NCBI GenBank assembly: GCA_965116905.1
Contig: OZ220732.1
Location: 1,632,001-1,696,000, forward strand
Length of the DNA: 64,000 bases
Origin: Longimicrobiales bacterium
GTDB taxonomy: Bacteria; Gemmatimonadota; Gemmatimonadetes; Longimicrobiales; Gaopeijiaceae
Direction of reading: 5' to 3'
Every line of letters starts with the position of its first letter. Position 1 is the first letter of the stretch. The position numbers and the translations under genes were made by a program. The notes under the pieces are model-generated. The model was given only the letters and a program-made list of their open reading frames with translations. It had not been told where the DNA came from and ran no database searches. Below, piece after piece: positions 36,215-46,000 of the stretch.

Positions 36215-36374
36215 TCGCACAGCATGCGCGGGCCCTCGTTGAACTCGCTCTGACGATTGATCGGTCGGAATGCCCGGTGCCCGGACGGCACACCTTGCGC
36301 CGAAGCGCGGATCTGCCCCCATAATGCCACTGTCCGACCCTCCTTTCCCTGAGCCCACGGACCCGGAAACTCCC

Positions 36375-39029
36375 ATGCGACACCTCTCTTCGACTCCCGC
36401 AGGCGCAACGGTGACCGCCAGGTGGGCCGGACGCGCGATCATCACGGCCGCGCTGGCCACCATCGCCCTCGCTCCCCAATCCACCGCCGCCCAGGCCGAC
36501 AACGCCCAGCGTGCGCCGATCCCCTCGCCCGAGGAGTTCTTCGGCCACCAGATGGGCGCGGACCGCAAGCTGGCCCGGTGGGACAGGCTGGTCGAGTACT
36601 ACGAACTGATCGACGCCGCCAGCGACCGGGTGCAGGTCGTGCACATGGGGCCGTCGACGCTGGGTGAGCCATTCCTCTCGATCTACGTCTCGGCGCCCGA
36701 GAACCTCGCCCGACTCGACGACTTCAAGCGCATGAACGCCGTGCTGCAGGACCCGCGCGGGCACACGCAGGCCGAGATCGACGACGCGGTCGCGAACGGC
36801 AAGGTCGTCTTCGTGCAGTCGTACGCGCTCCACTCCACCGAGGTCGCGTGCAGCCAGTCGCCCGCCGAGGTCATGTACCTCTTCGCCACCCGCGACGACG
36901 CGGCGATCCACGAGATCCTCGACAACACGATCTCGATCCTGATCCCCGCCTTCAATCCGGACGGCGTGGGCATCGTCAACGAGTGGTACGACCGCTGGGT
37001 CGGCACCGAGTACGAGGGCGCGAGTCCGCCGGAGCTCTACCACCACTACATCGGCCACGACAACAACCGTGACGCCTTCATGCAGAACACCGTCGAGTCG
37101 CGCTACGGGGCCGAGATCCTGTTCCGCGAGTGGATCCCGCAGGCGTACATCGACCACCACCAGATGGGGCCGTACACCGCCCGCATCTACCTGCCTCCCT
37201 ATGCCGAGCCGATCCGCCCCGGGGGCGACCCGCTCGTGTGGCGCGAAATGGCGTGGTACGGCGCGCACATGGCGTACCGGATGGAGGAGGAGGGCTTCCA
37301 GGGCACGGTGAACGCCGCGATCTACTCGGGGTGGGGGCACTTCGGGTTCCACTGGATCACGCCCTTCCACAACATCGCGGGCATGCTCACGGAGTCGGCC
37401 AGCGCCCGCCTCGCGACGCCGCTCTACGTGCATCCGGACCAGTTGCAGGGCTCGCGCCAGCTCCCCGAGTACGAGGCTCAGACGACCTTCCCGAACCCGT
37501 GGCCGGGCGGCTGGTGGCGCGTGCGCGACATCGTGGAGCGGCAGATCGTCGCGACCTTCTCGCCGCTCGAGATCGCCGCGAAGAATCGCGAGACCGTGCT
37601 GCGCAACGCGCACAACAAGTCGAGCCGCCAGATTCAGCGCGGCCGGGAGGGCGACGTCAAGGCCTACGTGATTCCCGCGGCCCAGCACGACCCCCTGACC
37701 ATGGCCAAAATGGTCGACAAACTGCTCCTGCAGGGCATCACGGTCGAGCGCGCGCCCGCCGACTTCACCCACGAGGGCCGCGTCTACGGCGAAGGCAGCT
37801 ACGTGGTCTCGCTCGCTCAGCCGAAGCGCGGCGTCATCCGCTGGCTCCTGGGCCAGACGTACTATCCGGACAACAGCTACACGCGCACGGCGTCCGGCGA
37901 CCCGATCCGCCCGTACGACATGTCGGCCGACGTGATCGCGGAGTTCATGGGGGTCAGGGTCGACCCCGTCGGCACGGCTGTCGAGGCCGACCTGACGGTG
38001 GTGTCCGGCCCCGTTGAGCCTGCGGGGATGGTCGCCGCTTCCGCGCCGCACGGATACCGGATCGATGGCACCCTCAACGACGCCTTCAGGGCCGTCAACA
38101 TGCTCTTCACAGCGGGCGCCTCGGTGCGGCGGGCGACCGGCAGCGGCGCGGGAGCGGGGCCCGGCGACTTCATCGTCGAGCCCGGCGCGGCCCCCGACGC
38201 GCTCGCCGAGATCGCGGCCGCCACCGGCGTCGACTTCACCGCGCTCGCCGGCGACCCCTCGGGAATCAGCCACCCGCTCACCCGGCGGCGCATCGGCATG
38301 TACCAGCGCTTCTACGGCGGCAACATGGACGAAGGCTGGACGCGGTGGCTGCTGGAAGATTTCGGTTTCGAGTACACGTCGCTCTTCGATCCCGAGATCC
38401 TGGCGGGCGACCTGCACGAGCGCTGGGACGTGATCATCCTGCCCAACGACTCGCGCACCATGATGCTTGGGCCCACGGAGCGGGCGCCGGGGGGCCGCGG
38501 ACCCGACCCGTCCGGCACTCCGCCCGACTACCGGAGCGGCTTCGGCGAGGCCGGTGTGGCGGCCCTCGACGCATTCGTCCGCGGCGGCGGCACGCTGGTG
38601 ACCTTCGCTCAGGCCGGCGACCTGGTCCTGGAGGGCTTCGACGTCCCCGTGCGCAACGCGGTGGCCGGCATGTGGGGGAACGAGTTCTGGGCCCCCGGAT
38701 CCACGCTCAAGGTGAAGGTCGACACATCGAGCCCCTACGGGTACGGCATGCCGGAGGACGCGCTCGCCGCGTATCTCGCCGGCGGTCAGGTCTACGAGAC
38801 GATGCCGGGCGCGCGCAGCTCGGACGTGCGGCGCGTGGTCACCTACATCGACCGCGACATCCTGCAAAGCGGCTGGCTGCTGGGTGAGGAGGCGATCGCG
38901 AACAAGGCGGCCATGGTCTCGGTGGCCCACGGCGAGGGCACGATCGTCATGATCGGGTTCCGCGCCCAGCATCGCGCACAGACCCACGGCACGTTCAAGC
39001 TGGTGTTCAACGCGCTGGTGGGAGGGTAG
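36375..39029 (+). CDS. Secreted M14 zinc carboxypeptidase-family protein
   Basis: FFGHQMGADRKL, LHSTE (HxxE), NPDG, HDNNRD, DHHQM; C-terminal GATase-like region MDEGWTRWLLE. Confidence 0.9.
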   Translation: MRHLSSTPAGATVTARWAGRAIITAALATIALAPQSTAAQADNAQRAPIPSPEEFFGHQMGADRKLARWDRLVEYYELIDAASDRVQVVHMGPSTLGEPFLSIYVSAPENLARLDDFKRMNAVLQDPRGHTQAEIDDAVANGKVVFVQSYALHSTEVACSQSPAEVMYLFATRDDAAIHEILDNTISILIPAFNPDGVGIVNEWYDRWVGTEYEGASPPELYHHYIGHDNNRDAFMQNTVESRYGAEILFREWIPQAYIDHHQMGPYTARIYLPPYAEPIRPGGDPLVWREMAWYGAHMAYRMEEEGFQGTVNAAIYSGWGHFGFHWITPFHNIAGMLTESASARLATPLYVHPDQLQGSRQLPEYEAQTTFPNPWPGGWWRVRDIVERQIVATFSPLEIAAKNRETVLRNAHNKSSRQIQRGREGDVKAYVIPAAQHDPLTMAKMVDKLLLQGITVERAPADFTHEGRVYGEGSYVVSLAQPKRGVIRWLLGQTYYPDNSYTRTASGDPIRPYDMSADVIAEFMGVRVDPVGTAVEADLTVVSGPVEPAGMVAASAPHGYRIDGTLNDAFRAVNMLFTAGASVRRATGSGAGAGPGDFIVEPGAAPDALAEIAAATGVDFTALAGDPSGISHPLTRRRIGMYQRFYGGNMDEGWTRWLLEDFGFEYTSLFDPEILAGDLHERWDVIILPNDSRTMMLGPTERAPGGRGPDPSGTPPDYRSGFGEAGVAALDAFVRGGGTLVTFAQAGDLVLEGFDVPVRNAVAGMWGNEFWAPGSTLKVKVDTSSPYGYGMPEDALAAYLAGGQVYETMPGARSSDVRRVVTYIDRDILQSGWLLGEEAIANKAAMVSVAHGEGTIVMIGFRAQHRAQTHGTFKLVFNALVGG

Positions 39030-39140
39030 GGGGCTGCCGACCGGCAGGCGCGCTTCGAGTGGGTTGAAGTCGCGGGTGTCGTCCTGTAGCAGGCTCCCCC
39101 GCGCCCTCCCACGGCTTCCCGCGCCCTCCCGCGCTCTCCC

Positions 39141-39947
39141 TCACCGCCCTGACAGCACCTCCCGCAGCCGCTCCAGACCCTCCCGCGTGTTGGCCGCCAT
39201 GACCGAGCCCGGCGTCGCATCCAGGCGACCGCCCTCGACGCGCTCCGCCACGCCGCCCGCCTCGGTCACCAGCAGGATTCCCGCGCCGAAGTCCCAGGGC
39301 GCCAGGCGGGCCTCCCAGAAGCCGTCCAGGATGCCGTTGGCGACGTAGGCCAGGTCGATCGCGGCGGCTCCGGTTCGCCGCACGCCCGAGGTGTGCCGCA
39401 ACGCCCGGTCCAGTTCGGCCAGGTATTGGGCGAGCACGTCATGCGCCTTGAACGGGAAGCCGGTGCCGAGCAGGTATCGGTCGGTGCGCGACGTGTGGCT
39501 GACCTGGATCCGCTTGCCGTTCTCGTACGCGCCCTGTTCCCGCGCCGCGAACCACGCCTTGCCCAGCGCGCGGGCCTCGACCGCCGCCGCAAGGGGGCCG
39601 TCGGCGTCCCAGACCGCCACCGATGCCGCGTGATAGGGGTGGCCGTGCAGGAAGTTGGTCGTGCCGTCGAGCGGATCCACGAGCCAGAGGTACTCGGTGC
39701 CTTCCGCGCCGGGACGCCCGCCGCCCTCCTCTTCGGCGAGAATGCGGTGGTGCGGATGCCGGGTCGCGATGACCTCCAGCGCTGCCTCCTGGGCCTTCAT
39801 GTCCACGTCCGACACGAAGTCGCTGGACATCGTCTTCTCGTTCACCCATCGTCCGCCGGCGTCGCCGATGGCCGCCTCGTGTACCGATGCCGCCACCCGC
39901 GCCGCCTCCCGTGCGGTCGCCAGCAGAACGTCCGATCTTTCTCGCAT
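39141..39947 (-). CDS. suhB: Inositol monophosphatase family protein (SuhB-like)
   Basis: DFVSDVD, LAEE, WLVDPLDGTTNFLHG, GAAAIDL, PWDFGAG. Confidence 0.85.
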   Translation of the reverse strand: MRERSDVLLATAREAARVAASVHEAAIGDAGGRWVNEKTMSSDFVSDVDMKAQEAALEVIATRHPHHRILAEEEGGGRPGAEGTEYLWLVDPLDGTTNFLHGHPYHAASVAVWDADGPLAAAVEARALGKAWFAAREQGAYENGKRIQVSHTSRTDRYLLGTGFPFKAHDVLAQYLAELDRALRHTSGVRRTGAAAIDLAYVANGILDGFWEARLAPWDFGAGILLVTEAGGVAERVEGGRLDATPGSVMAANTREGLERLREVLSGR

Positions 39948-40181
39948 GGATGAATCCGGTGGGTCATGCTCGGGCCGCAGGGTCGTATGCGGCCGCGGGG
40001 GCGTCCTCGGGCCGCAGGGTCGTACTCGCGGCCACGCTACGCTAACTTAGTATCTTCGGTGGCTCGCGAATCCCCGGGACAGGACGCTGGCTGCCGAGGG
40101 TAACCACCCCGTCGCCCCGGTGCCGCGCGCCGAGCAACGATCCGCCCCTCCGACCCGCAACACCACAGTCCGCCGACACCC

Positions 40182-41249
40182 ATGCCCCCTCGCAAACGCG
40201 TCTACTCCGGCATCCAGCCGACCGCGGTCATGACCATCGGCAACTACTTCGGGGCCGTGCAGAACTGGGTGAGGCTGCAGGACGAGTGCGACTGCGTCTA
40301 CTGCGTCGTGGACCTTCACGCCATGACGGGAAGCTACGACGCGGAGGAACTGCGGCGGGCGTCGCGCGAGATGTTCGTGAGTCTTTTGGCAGCCGGCATC
40401 GATCCCGATCGAACGACCGTCTACATCCAGTCGACCGTGCCGGAACAGACCGAGCTGTGCTGGATGCTGGCCACGCTCACATCGCTCGGCGACCTGTCGC
40501 GCATGACCCAGTTCAAGGAGAAGTCCGGCCTCCTCAAGGGCGAACTGGCCGAGGATTCGGGAACCTTCATTTCCGCGGGGCTGCTCTTCTACCCCGTGCT
40601 CCAGGCGGCCGACATCCTCGCGTACCGCGCCGACTGCGTCCCCGTCGGGCAGGACCAGTCGCAGCACCTGGAACTCAGCCGCGGGATCGCCCGTAGATTC
40701 AACTCGCGTTTCGGCTACCTCTTCCCCGAACCGGAGACACTGCACACGCCGGTCACGAAGGTCCTGTCCACCGCCGACCCGACCCGCAAGATGAGCAAGA
40801 GCCTCGGACCACGGCACTACATCGGGCTCTTCGAGGAGGAGGACTCGATTCGCAAGAAGATCCGCTCCGCCGTGACCGACTCGGGAATGCCCGCGAATGC
40901 CGGGGCGCCCGGCGAGGACGACGGCGATGACCGGCAGGCCAGCCCCGGAATCGAGAACCTCCTGACCATGCTGACGGCGTGTGGTCACGCGGACGACGCC
41001 GACCAGATGCGTGCGGACTATTTCGCGGGTACCTTGCGTTACGTTGATCTGAAGGGGCGGACGGCCGATGCCCTGGTCGCCCTCACGAGCGAGATGCGCG
41101 AGCGCCGCGCCGACATCCTGCGGAGCGAAACCGACCTGGACGGAAGGATCATGGAGATGGCGGGGAAGGCGCGCGCCATGGCCGGAGACACCCTGGCCAT
41201 CGCGAGGGACAAGCTCGGCGTATTCCAACCAAAAGGAGCGGTACCATAG
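40182..41249 (+). CDS. trpS: Tryptophan--tRNA ligase
   Basis: SGIQPT, TIGNYFGA, VDLHAMT, YPVLQAADIL, VPVGQDQ, KMSKS. Confidence 0.97.
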   Translation: MPPRKRVYSGIQPTAVMTIGNYFGAVQNWVRLQDECDCVYCVVDLHAMTGSYDAEELRRASREMFVSLLAAGIDPDRTTVYIQSTVPEQTELCWMLATLTSLGDLSRMTQFKEKSGLLKGELAEDSGTFISAGLLFYPVLQAADILAYRADCVPVGQDQSQHLELSRGIARRFNSRFGYLFPEPETLHTPVTKVLSTADPTRKMSKSLGPRHYIGLFEEEDSIRKKIRSAVTDSGMPANAGAPGEDDGDDRQASPGIENLLTMLTACGHADDADQMRADYFAGTLRYVDLKGRTADALVALTSEMRERRADILRSETDLDGRIMEMAGKARAMAGDTLAIARDKLGVFQPKGAVP

Positions 41250-42154
41250 ACATCAGCGGAGTAATGATTCCGACGACCACGCCCTTCCACCCGGTCACGG
41301 GCGAGGTCGATCTGGCGGGCCTGAGGGCGAACGTGGAGAAGTGGGCGGCGACCGGGGTCAGCGGGCTGGTCATCGGCGGCTCGACAGGCGAGGCCGTCTT
41401 CCTCGACGAGCAGGAACGCGACCGGTGCTGGGCCACGGTCAGCGATTCCGTGCCCGACGACATGACGCTCGTCGCGGGAACCGGTGCCGAATCGTTGCGC
41501 ACGACCCTGCGGCTGACCGCGATGGCCGTGACCCGGGGATTCAATGCCGTGCTCGTTCAGCCGCCGGCCTTCTACAAGGGGGCGATGAGCGACGAGGTGG
41601 TCCGCGACCACTACCTGGCCGTGGCGGATGCGGCCGAAGTGCCGGTCATCCTGTACCAGGTGCCGACGCGGTTCAGCACGCTGGACTTCCCCACCGGCCT
41701 GATCGCCGAGCTCTCCGAACACGAGAACATCATCGGAATCAAGGATTCGCGCGGATCCCTGGAGAAGGTGGGCGAGCTGGTGACGCAGACCCAGCACGGG
41801 TTCCAGGTGCTCGTCGGGAGTGGAAGCCTCCTCTACGCGTCGCTCGAGATCGGTGCCGTCGGCGGCATCCTGGGCGTGGCCAACCTGGCGCCTGCCGAAT
41901 GCGCGGACATCCACACGCTCTTCGTAAACGGCGACCGGGCGGGCGCGGGTGCCCTCCAGGAGCGCGTCGGGCCGCTGCACAATGCGGTGGTCGGGGGCAT
42001 GGGCGTGGCCGGGGTGAAGTGCGGACTCGACGTACTCGGCTACCACGGCGGTGCGCCGCGGCCTCCGCTCAAGCCGTTGGCCGAGGGTCGCCGGAACGCG
42101 GTGATCGACCACCTCGACGCGGCGGGCGTGCTGACCGTCGGCGCAACTTCCTGA
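41246..42154 (+). CDS. Dihydrodipicolinate synthase-family class I aldolase; start probably ATA at 41246 (first ATG at 41264)
   Basis: TPF, GSTGE, ILYQVP, GIKDS (Schiff-base Lys), PRPPL. Confidence 0.85.
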   Translation: MDISGVMIPTTTPFHPVTGEVDLAGLRANVEKWAATGVSGLVIGGSTGEAVFLDEQERDRCWATVSDSVPDDMTLVAGTGAESLRTTLRLTAMAVTRGFNAVLVQPPAFYKGAMSDEVVRDHYLAVADAAEVPVILYQVPTRFSTLDFPTGLIAELSEHENIIGIKDSRGSLEKVGELVTQTQHGFQVLVGSGSLLYASLEIGAVGGILGVANLAPAECADIHTLFVNGDRAGAGALQERVGPLHNAVVGGMGVAGVKCGLDVLGYHGGAPRPPLKPLAEGRRNAVIDHLDAAGVLTVGATS

Positions 42155-42166
42155 CCGGCGTTTTCA

Positions 42167-43465
42167 GTGACCTCGGTGGACACGAGCGCGCTCAACGGAT
42201 CCTGCACGGTCGTTGTAGGCTGCCAATGGGGTGACGAGGGCAAGGGCAAGATCGTCGACGTGCTGGCCGGTGACGTGGACGTCATCGCACGCTATCAGGG
42301 GGGCGCCAACGCGGGGCACACGGTGCACGTCGGGGACCAGCACATCGTCCTGCACCAGGTCCCCTCGGGCGTGCTGCACCCCCGGAAGCGGTGCCTGCTC
42401 GGCAACGGCGTCGTGCTGGATGTCGTCCAGTTCTTCGGCGAACTCGACGAGCTGGCCGAGCGCGGGATCGACCCGGGCGGGCGCATCGGGGTGAGCACCC
42501 GGGCGCACATCGTCTTCCCCTACCACAAGGCCCTCGATCTGGCAGCCGAGGACGCCGCGCGCGACAAGATCGGGACCACCGGCCGGGGAATCGGCCCTGC
42601 CTACGAGGCCAAGACCGGCCGCCGCGGACTGCGGGTTGCCGACCTGCTCGAGCGCGGGAGCGTGATCGACAAGGTCATTCGCGGGGTCGAGTGGGCGAGG
42701 GCGCGGCTGCGCGAACTGAGGGCGGATCCCGATCTGGCGGGAACCGTGGAGGGGGCGCTCGAGCTTTCGCATCGCCTGCCCGCGGTGGCCACGGATGTGG
42801 GGGACGAGATCGCGCGTGCGCTGAAGGACGGCAAGCGTGTGCTCCTCGAGGGCGCACAGGGCACCGCGCTGGATGTGGACCACGGCAGCTACCCGTATGT
42901 CACGTCGTCCAACACCACGGCCGGATCCGCCGCCGTGGGGACCGGGATCGGTCCGACCGCGATCGATTCCGTCGTCGGCGTGGTCAAGGCCTACACCACC
43001 CGGGTCGGAAACGGCCCGCTGCCGACGGCCTTCGACGACGACATGGACAAGGTCGTGCGCGAACTGGGCGCCGAGTTCGGCGCGACGACGGGCCGGCCGC
43101 GCCGCTGCGGCTGGTTCGACGCGGTGCTGGCAGCCTACTCGGCGCGTGTGAACGGACTGACCGGCATCGCCGTCACGAAGCTGGACGTCCTGGACACGCT
43201 GCCCGAGTTGAAGATCGCGACCGGCTACCGGATCGAGGGTGCGGTGCAGTCGCTCTTCCCGGCCGGGGTGCGGGAGCTGGAGGGCGCCGAACCCGTCTAC
43301 GAAACCCTGCCGGGCTGGCAGACCCCTACGACGGGTGCACGCACGATGAGCGAACTCCCCGCCAACGCGCGCGCCTACCTGAAGCGGATCGAGGAGTTGG
43401 TGGACACGCCGGTCGTGATGGTGTCGGTCGGGACCCGCCGAAGCCAGGTGATCTGCCGGCAGTGA
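42167..43465 (+). CDS. purA: Adenylosuccinate synthetase
   Basis: QWGDEGKGK, QGGANAGHT, IGTTGRGIGPAY, EGAQG, TTGRPRRCGW. Confidence 0.98.
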   Translation: MTSVDTSALNGSCTVVVGCQWGDEGKGKIVDVLAGDVDVIARYQGGANAGHTVHVGDQHIVLHQVPSGVLHPRKRCLLGNGVVLDVVQFFGELDELAERGIDPGGRIGVSTRAHIVFPYHKALDLAAEDAARDKIGTTGRGIGPAYEAKTGRRGLRVADLLERGSVIDKVIRGVEWARARLRELRADPDLAGTVEGALELSHRLPAVATDVGDEIARALKDGKRVLLEGAQGTALDVDHGSYPYVTSSNTTAGSAAVGTGIGPTAIDSVVGVVKAYTTRVGNGPLPTAFDDDMDKVVRELGAEFGATTGRPRRCGWFDAVLAAYSARVNGLTGIAVTKLDVLDTLPELKIATGYRIEGAVQSLFPAGVRELEGAEPVYETLPGWQTPTTGARTMSELPANARAYLKRIEELVDTPVVMVSVGTRRSQVICRQ

Positions 43466-43546
43466 GGGGATCGGTGCCGGTTTTGTTGAATCCTGCCCTG
43501 GCTCCGGCTATCTTTAAGGGCTGTACCGCCTTCCACGGCGGATTCG

Positions 43547-44854
43547 ATGTTTGAAGACCTGAGCAGGAAACTGGACGGGGTTCTGGGACGCCTTCGCCAA
43601 CGCGGAGTGCTCACGGAACCCATGATCCGCGACGGGCTGCGGGAGGTGCGCCTAGCACTCCTCGAAGCCGACGTCAACTTCAGGGTCACGCGAGACTTCC
43701 TGAAGCGGGTCCAGGAAAAGGCCCTTGGCGAACGGGTGCTGAAATCGGTTTCGCCGGGGCAGCAGATCGTCAAGATCGTCAACGACGAACTGGCCGCGCT
43801 GATCGGCAGCGAGGGCGAGACCGTGCTTGCGTGGTCACCGGCCCCTCCGACCGTCATCATGCTGGTGGGGCTCCAGGGCTCCGGAAAGACCTCCACGGCG
43901 GCAAAGCTCGCCCGGAGGCTTGCGCGGCAGGGAAGGTCGCCGTTGCTCGCGGCGTGTGATCTGTACCGGCCCGCCGCGGTCGATCAGTTGAGGGTGCTCG
44001 GCAAGCAGGTGCGGGTTCCGGTGCACTTCCTGGAGGGCGCCACCGATCCCGTGGCCGTGGCGAGCGATGCCCATGAGCACGCGCGTCGCACCAAGGCAGG
44101 CGTCCTCATCGTCGATACGGCGGGGCGGCTTCAGATCGACGAGCCCTTGATGGACGAGTTGGCTCGACTGAAGGACACGCTGAAGCCGCGCGAGATCCTG
44201 CTGGTCGCGGATGCGATGACCGGGCAGGAGGCCGTTCGCATCGCCGAAGGCTTCGACCGGGTGCTCGACCTGACCGGTTTCGTCCTGGCCAAGATGGACG
44301 GCGACGCGCGCGGCGGGGCAGCCCTGTCGATCCGGAGCGTCACCGGCAAGCCGCTCAAGTTCGTCGGCACCGGCGAAGGGATGGACGCGCTCGACGCGGT
44401 GGATCCACAGCGGATCGCCGGCCGCATCCTCCAGCGCGGAGACGTGGTCGGGCTGGTCGAACGGGCGCAGGCGGTCGTCGATGCCGGCGAGGCCGAGGCC
44501 CTGCAGGACAAGGTGCTCGGGAAGGGGCGCTTCACCCTGGAGGACTTCCTCGTTGCGATGCGGCAGGTGCAGAAGATGGGGCCGCTGGACCAGTTGTTGA
44601 AGCTGATTCCGGGGGTGCCGCGCGCGCTTTCGCCGAACGACGTGGACCCGAAGAAGATGAAGCACATCGAGGCGATCATCCTTTCGATGACGCCCGACGA
44701 GCGCCGCCGCCCGGAGATCCTGAACGGGTCGCGCAGGAGGCGGATCGCCCGCGGAAGCGGCCGGCCCGTGTCCGAGGTGAACCGGCTCATGAAGCGGTTC
44801 GCCGAAATGGAAGAAGTGATGAAGAGAATGAAGGGGCTGATGCCCCAGCTGTAA
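43547..44854 (+). CDS. ffh: Signal recognition particle protein
   Basis: ALLEADV, GLQGSGKT, DTAGR, DGDARGGAALS, M-domain SMTPDERRRP. Confidence 0.98.
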   Translation: MFEDLSRKLDGVLGRLRQRGVLTEPMIRDGLREVRLALLEADVNFRVTRDFLKRVQEKALGERVLKSVSPGQQIVKIVNDELAALIGSEGETVLAWSPAPPTVIMLVGLQGSGKTSTAAKLARRLARQGRSPLLAACDLYRPAAVDQLRVLGKQVRVPVHFLEGATDPVAVASDAHEHARRTKAGVLIVDTAGRLQIDEPLMDELARLKDTLKPREILLVADAMTGQEAVRIAEGFDRVLDLTGFVLAKMDGDARGGAALSIRSVTGKPLKFVGTGEGMDALDAVDPQRIAGRILQRGDVVGLVERAQAVVDAGEAEALQDKVLGKGRFTLEDFLVAMRQVQKMGPLDQLLKLIPGVPRALSPNDVDPKKMKHIEAIILSMTPDERRRPEILNGSRRRRIARGSGRPVSEVNRLMKRFAEMEEVMKRMKGLMPQL

Positions 44855-44878
44855 CCCCAGAAAACCCGGCAGGGAAAA

Positions 44879-45451
44879 ATGTCAGTAAAGATTCGCCTCA
44901 GGCGGATGGGAAAGAAGAAGCAGCCTCACTACCGCATCGTTGTCGCCGACAGCCGTTCCCCACGGGACGGCCGGTTCGTCGAGAACCTGGGGTACTACAA
45001 CCCGATCCCGGACCCGGCCCGTCTGGTCCTCGACCTCGACCGGGTCGACTACTGGGTCGGCCAGGGGGCGATCCTGACCCGGACCGTCGGCAACCTGGTA
45101 TCGAAGGCCAGGGCCGGTGGGGATGACAGCGTGGCCCTGGGAGACCTCGGCACCGATGCGGTGGCCGCTGGAAACGGAAAGGCCGATGGGGCGGATGCGC
45201 CGCCTGCAGCCGAAGCGGCGCCCGAGTCCACCGCCGAGGCGGATGCCGCGCCCGAAGTCGAGGCCGGAACTGACGCCGATCCCGCCGCCGAAGCCGAGGC
45301 ATCGGCCGAGGCCGAAGCCGACGCAGAGGCCGAAGCCGAGGCCGCCGAAGCGGACGCGCCCGCCGACGCAGAGGACGAACCCGAAGCCGAAGCGGACGTG
45401 CCCGCCGAAGCCGAGGCCGGCTCCGAGCCCGCGGAGGGCGAAACCGCGTAG
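44879..45451 (+). CDS. rpsP: 30S ribosomal protein S16 with long acidic Ala/Glu C-terminal tail
   Basis: [35 protein letters not shown]. Confidence 0.97.
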   Translation: MSVKIRLRRMGKKKQPHYRIVVADSRSPRDGRFVENLGYYNPIPDPARLVLDLDRVDYWVGQGAILTRTVGNLVSKARAGGDDSVALGDLGTDAVAAGNGKADGADAPPAAEAAPESTAEADAAPEVEAGTDADPAAEAEASAEAEADAEAEAEAAEADAPADAEDEPEAEADVPAEAEAGSEPAEGETA

Positions 45452-45457
45452 TCGGCC

Positions 45458-46000
45458 GTGGCCAGCGGCGACAACCCTCCCTTCCTGGTCGTGGGCCACC
45501 TCAACAAGGCCCACGGTACTCGCGGGGAGCTGTTCATTTGGCCGTTGACGGACTATCCGGAGACGCACTTCGCTCCCGGAGTGGTCCACTTTCCCGGGGA
45601 CGACGAGGGACAGACGCCCTCGACCGACCTCGATCCGCTCACCATCGAGTCCGTCCGGCCCTACCGGAAGGGCTTCCTCGCCCGATTCCGGGGGATCGGC
45701 GATCGGACCGCCGCGGAACGACTGCGGGGCCGGTATCTCCTCCGGCCGTTCGAAGCGATGGACGAGCTGGCAGAGGGCGAGATCTTCTATCATGAGCTTC
45801 TGGGGTCCACCGTCGTCACGCGCGACGGGTCGGTACTCGGCAGCATCAAGGAGGTGTACGCGCTGAAGCCCGCCGATATGCTCGAGGTGGCGGGTCCGGA
45901 CGGCGACATCATGCTTCCGCTGATACCCGAGATGGTCGTCGAGTTCGATCGCGAGGAGGGCAAGGTCGTGGTCGATCCACCCGAAGGGCTGCTTTCCTGA
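45458..46000 (+). CDS. rimM: Ribosome maturation factor RimM
   Basis: VGHLNKAHGTRGE, FYHELLG, PPEGLL; position between rpsP and trmD. Confidence 0.95.
   Translation: MASGDNPPFLVVGHLNKAHGTRGELFIWPLTDYPETHFAPGVVHFPGDDEGQTPSTDLDPLTIESVRPYRKGFLARFRGIGDRTAAERLRGRYLLRPFEAMDELAEGEIFYHELLGSTVVTRDGSVLGSIKEVYALKPADMLEVAGPDGDIMLPLIPEMVVEFDREEGKVVVDPPEGLLS

Noticed and set aside
39948..40181. T-box or attenuator upstream of trpS
   Set aside because: No T-box consensus, terminator or Trp-rich leader ORF visible.
41246..42154. Assigning the gene symbol dapA
   Set aside because: The family is clear but the substrate is not; it could be another class I aldolase such as a 4-hydroxy-2-oxoglutarate aldolase.
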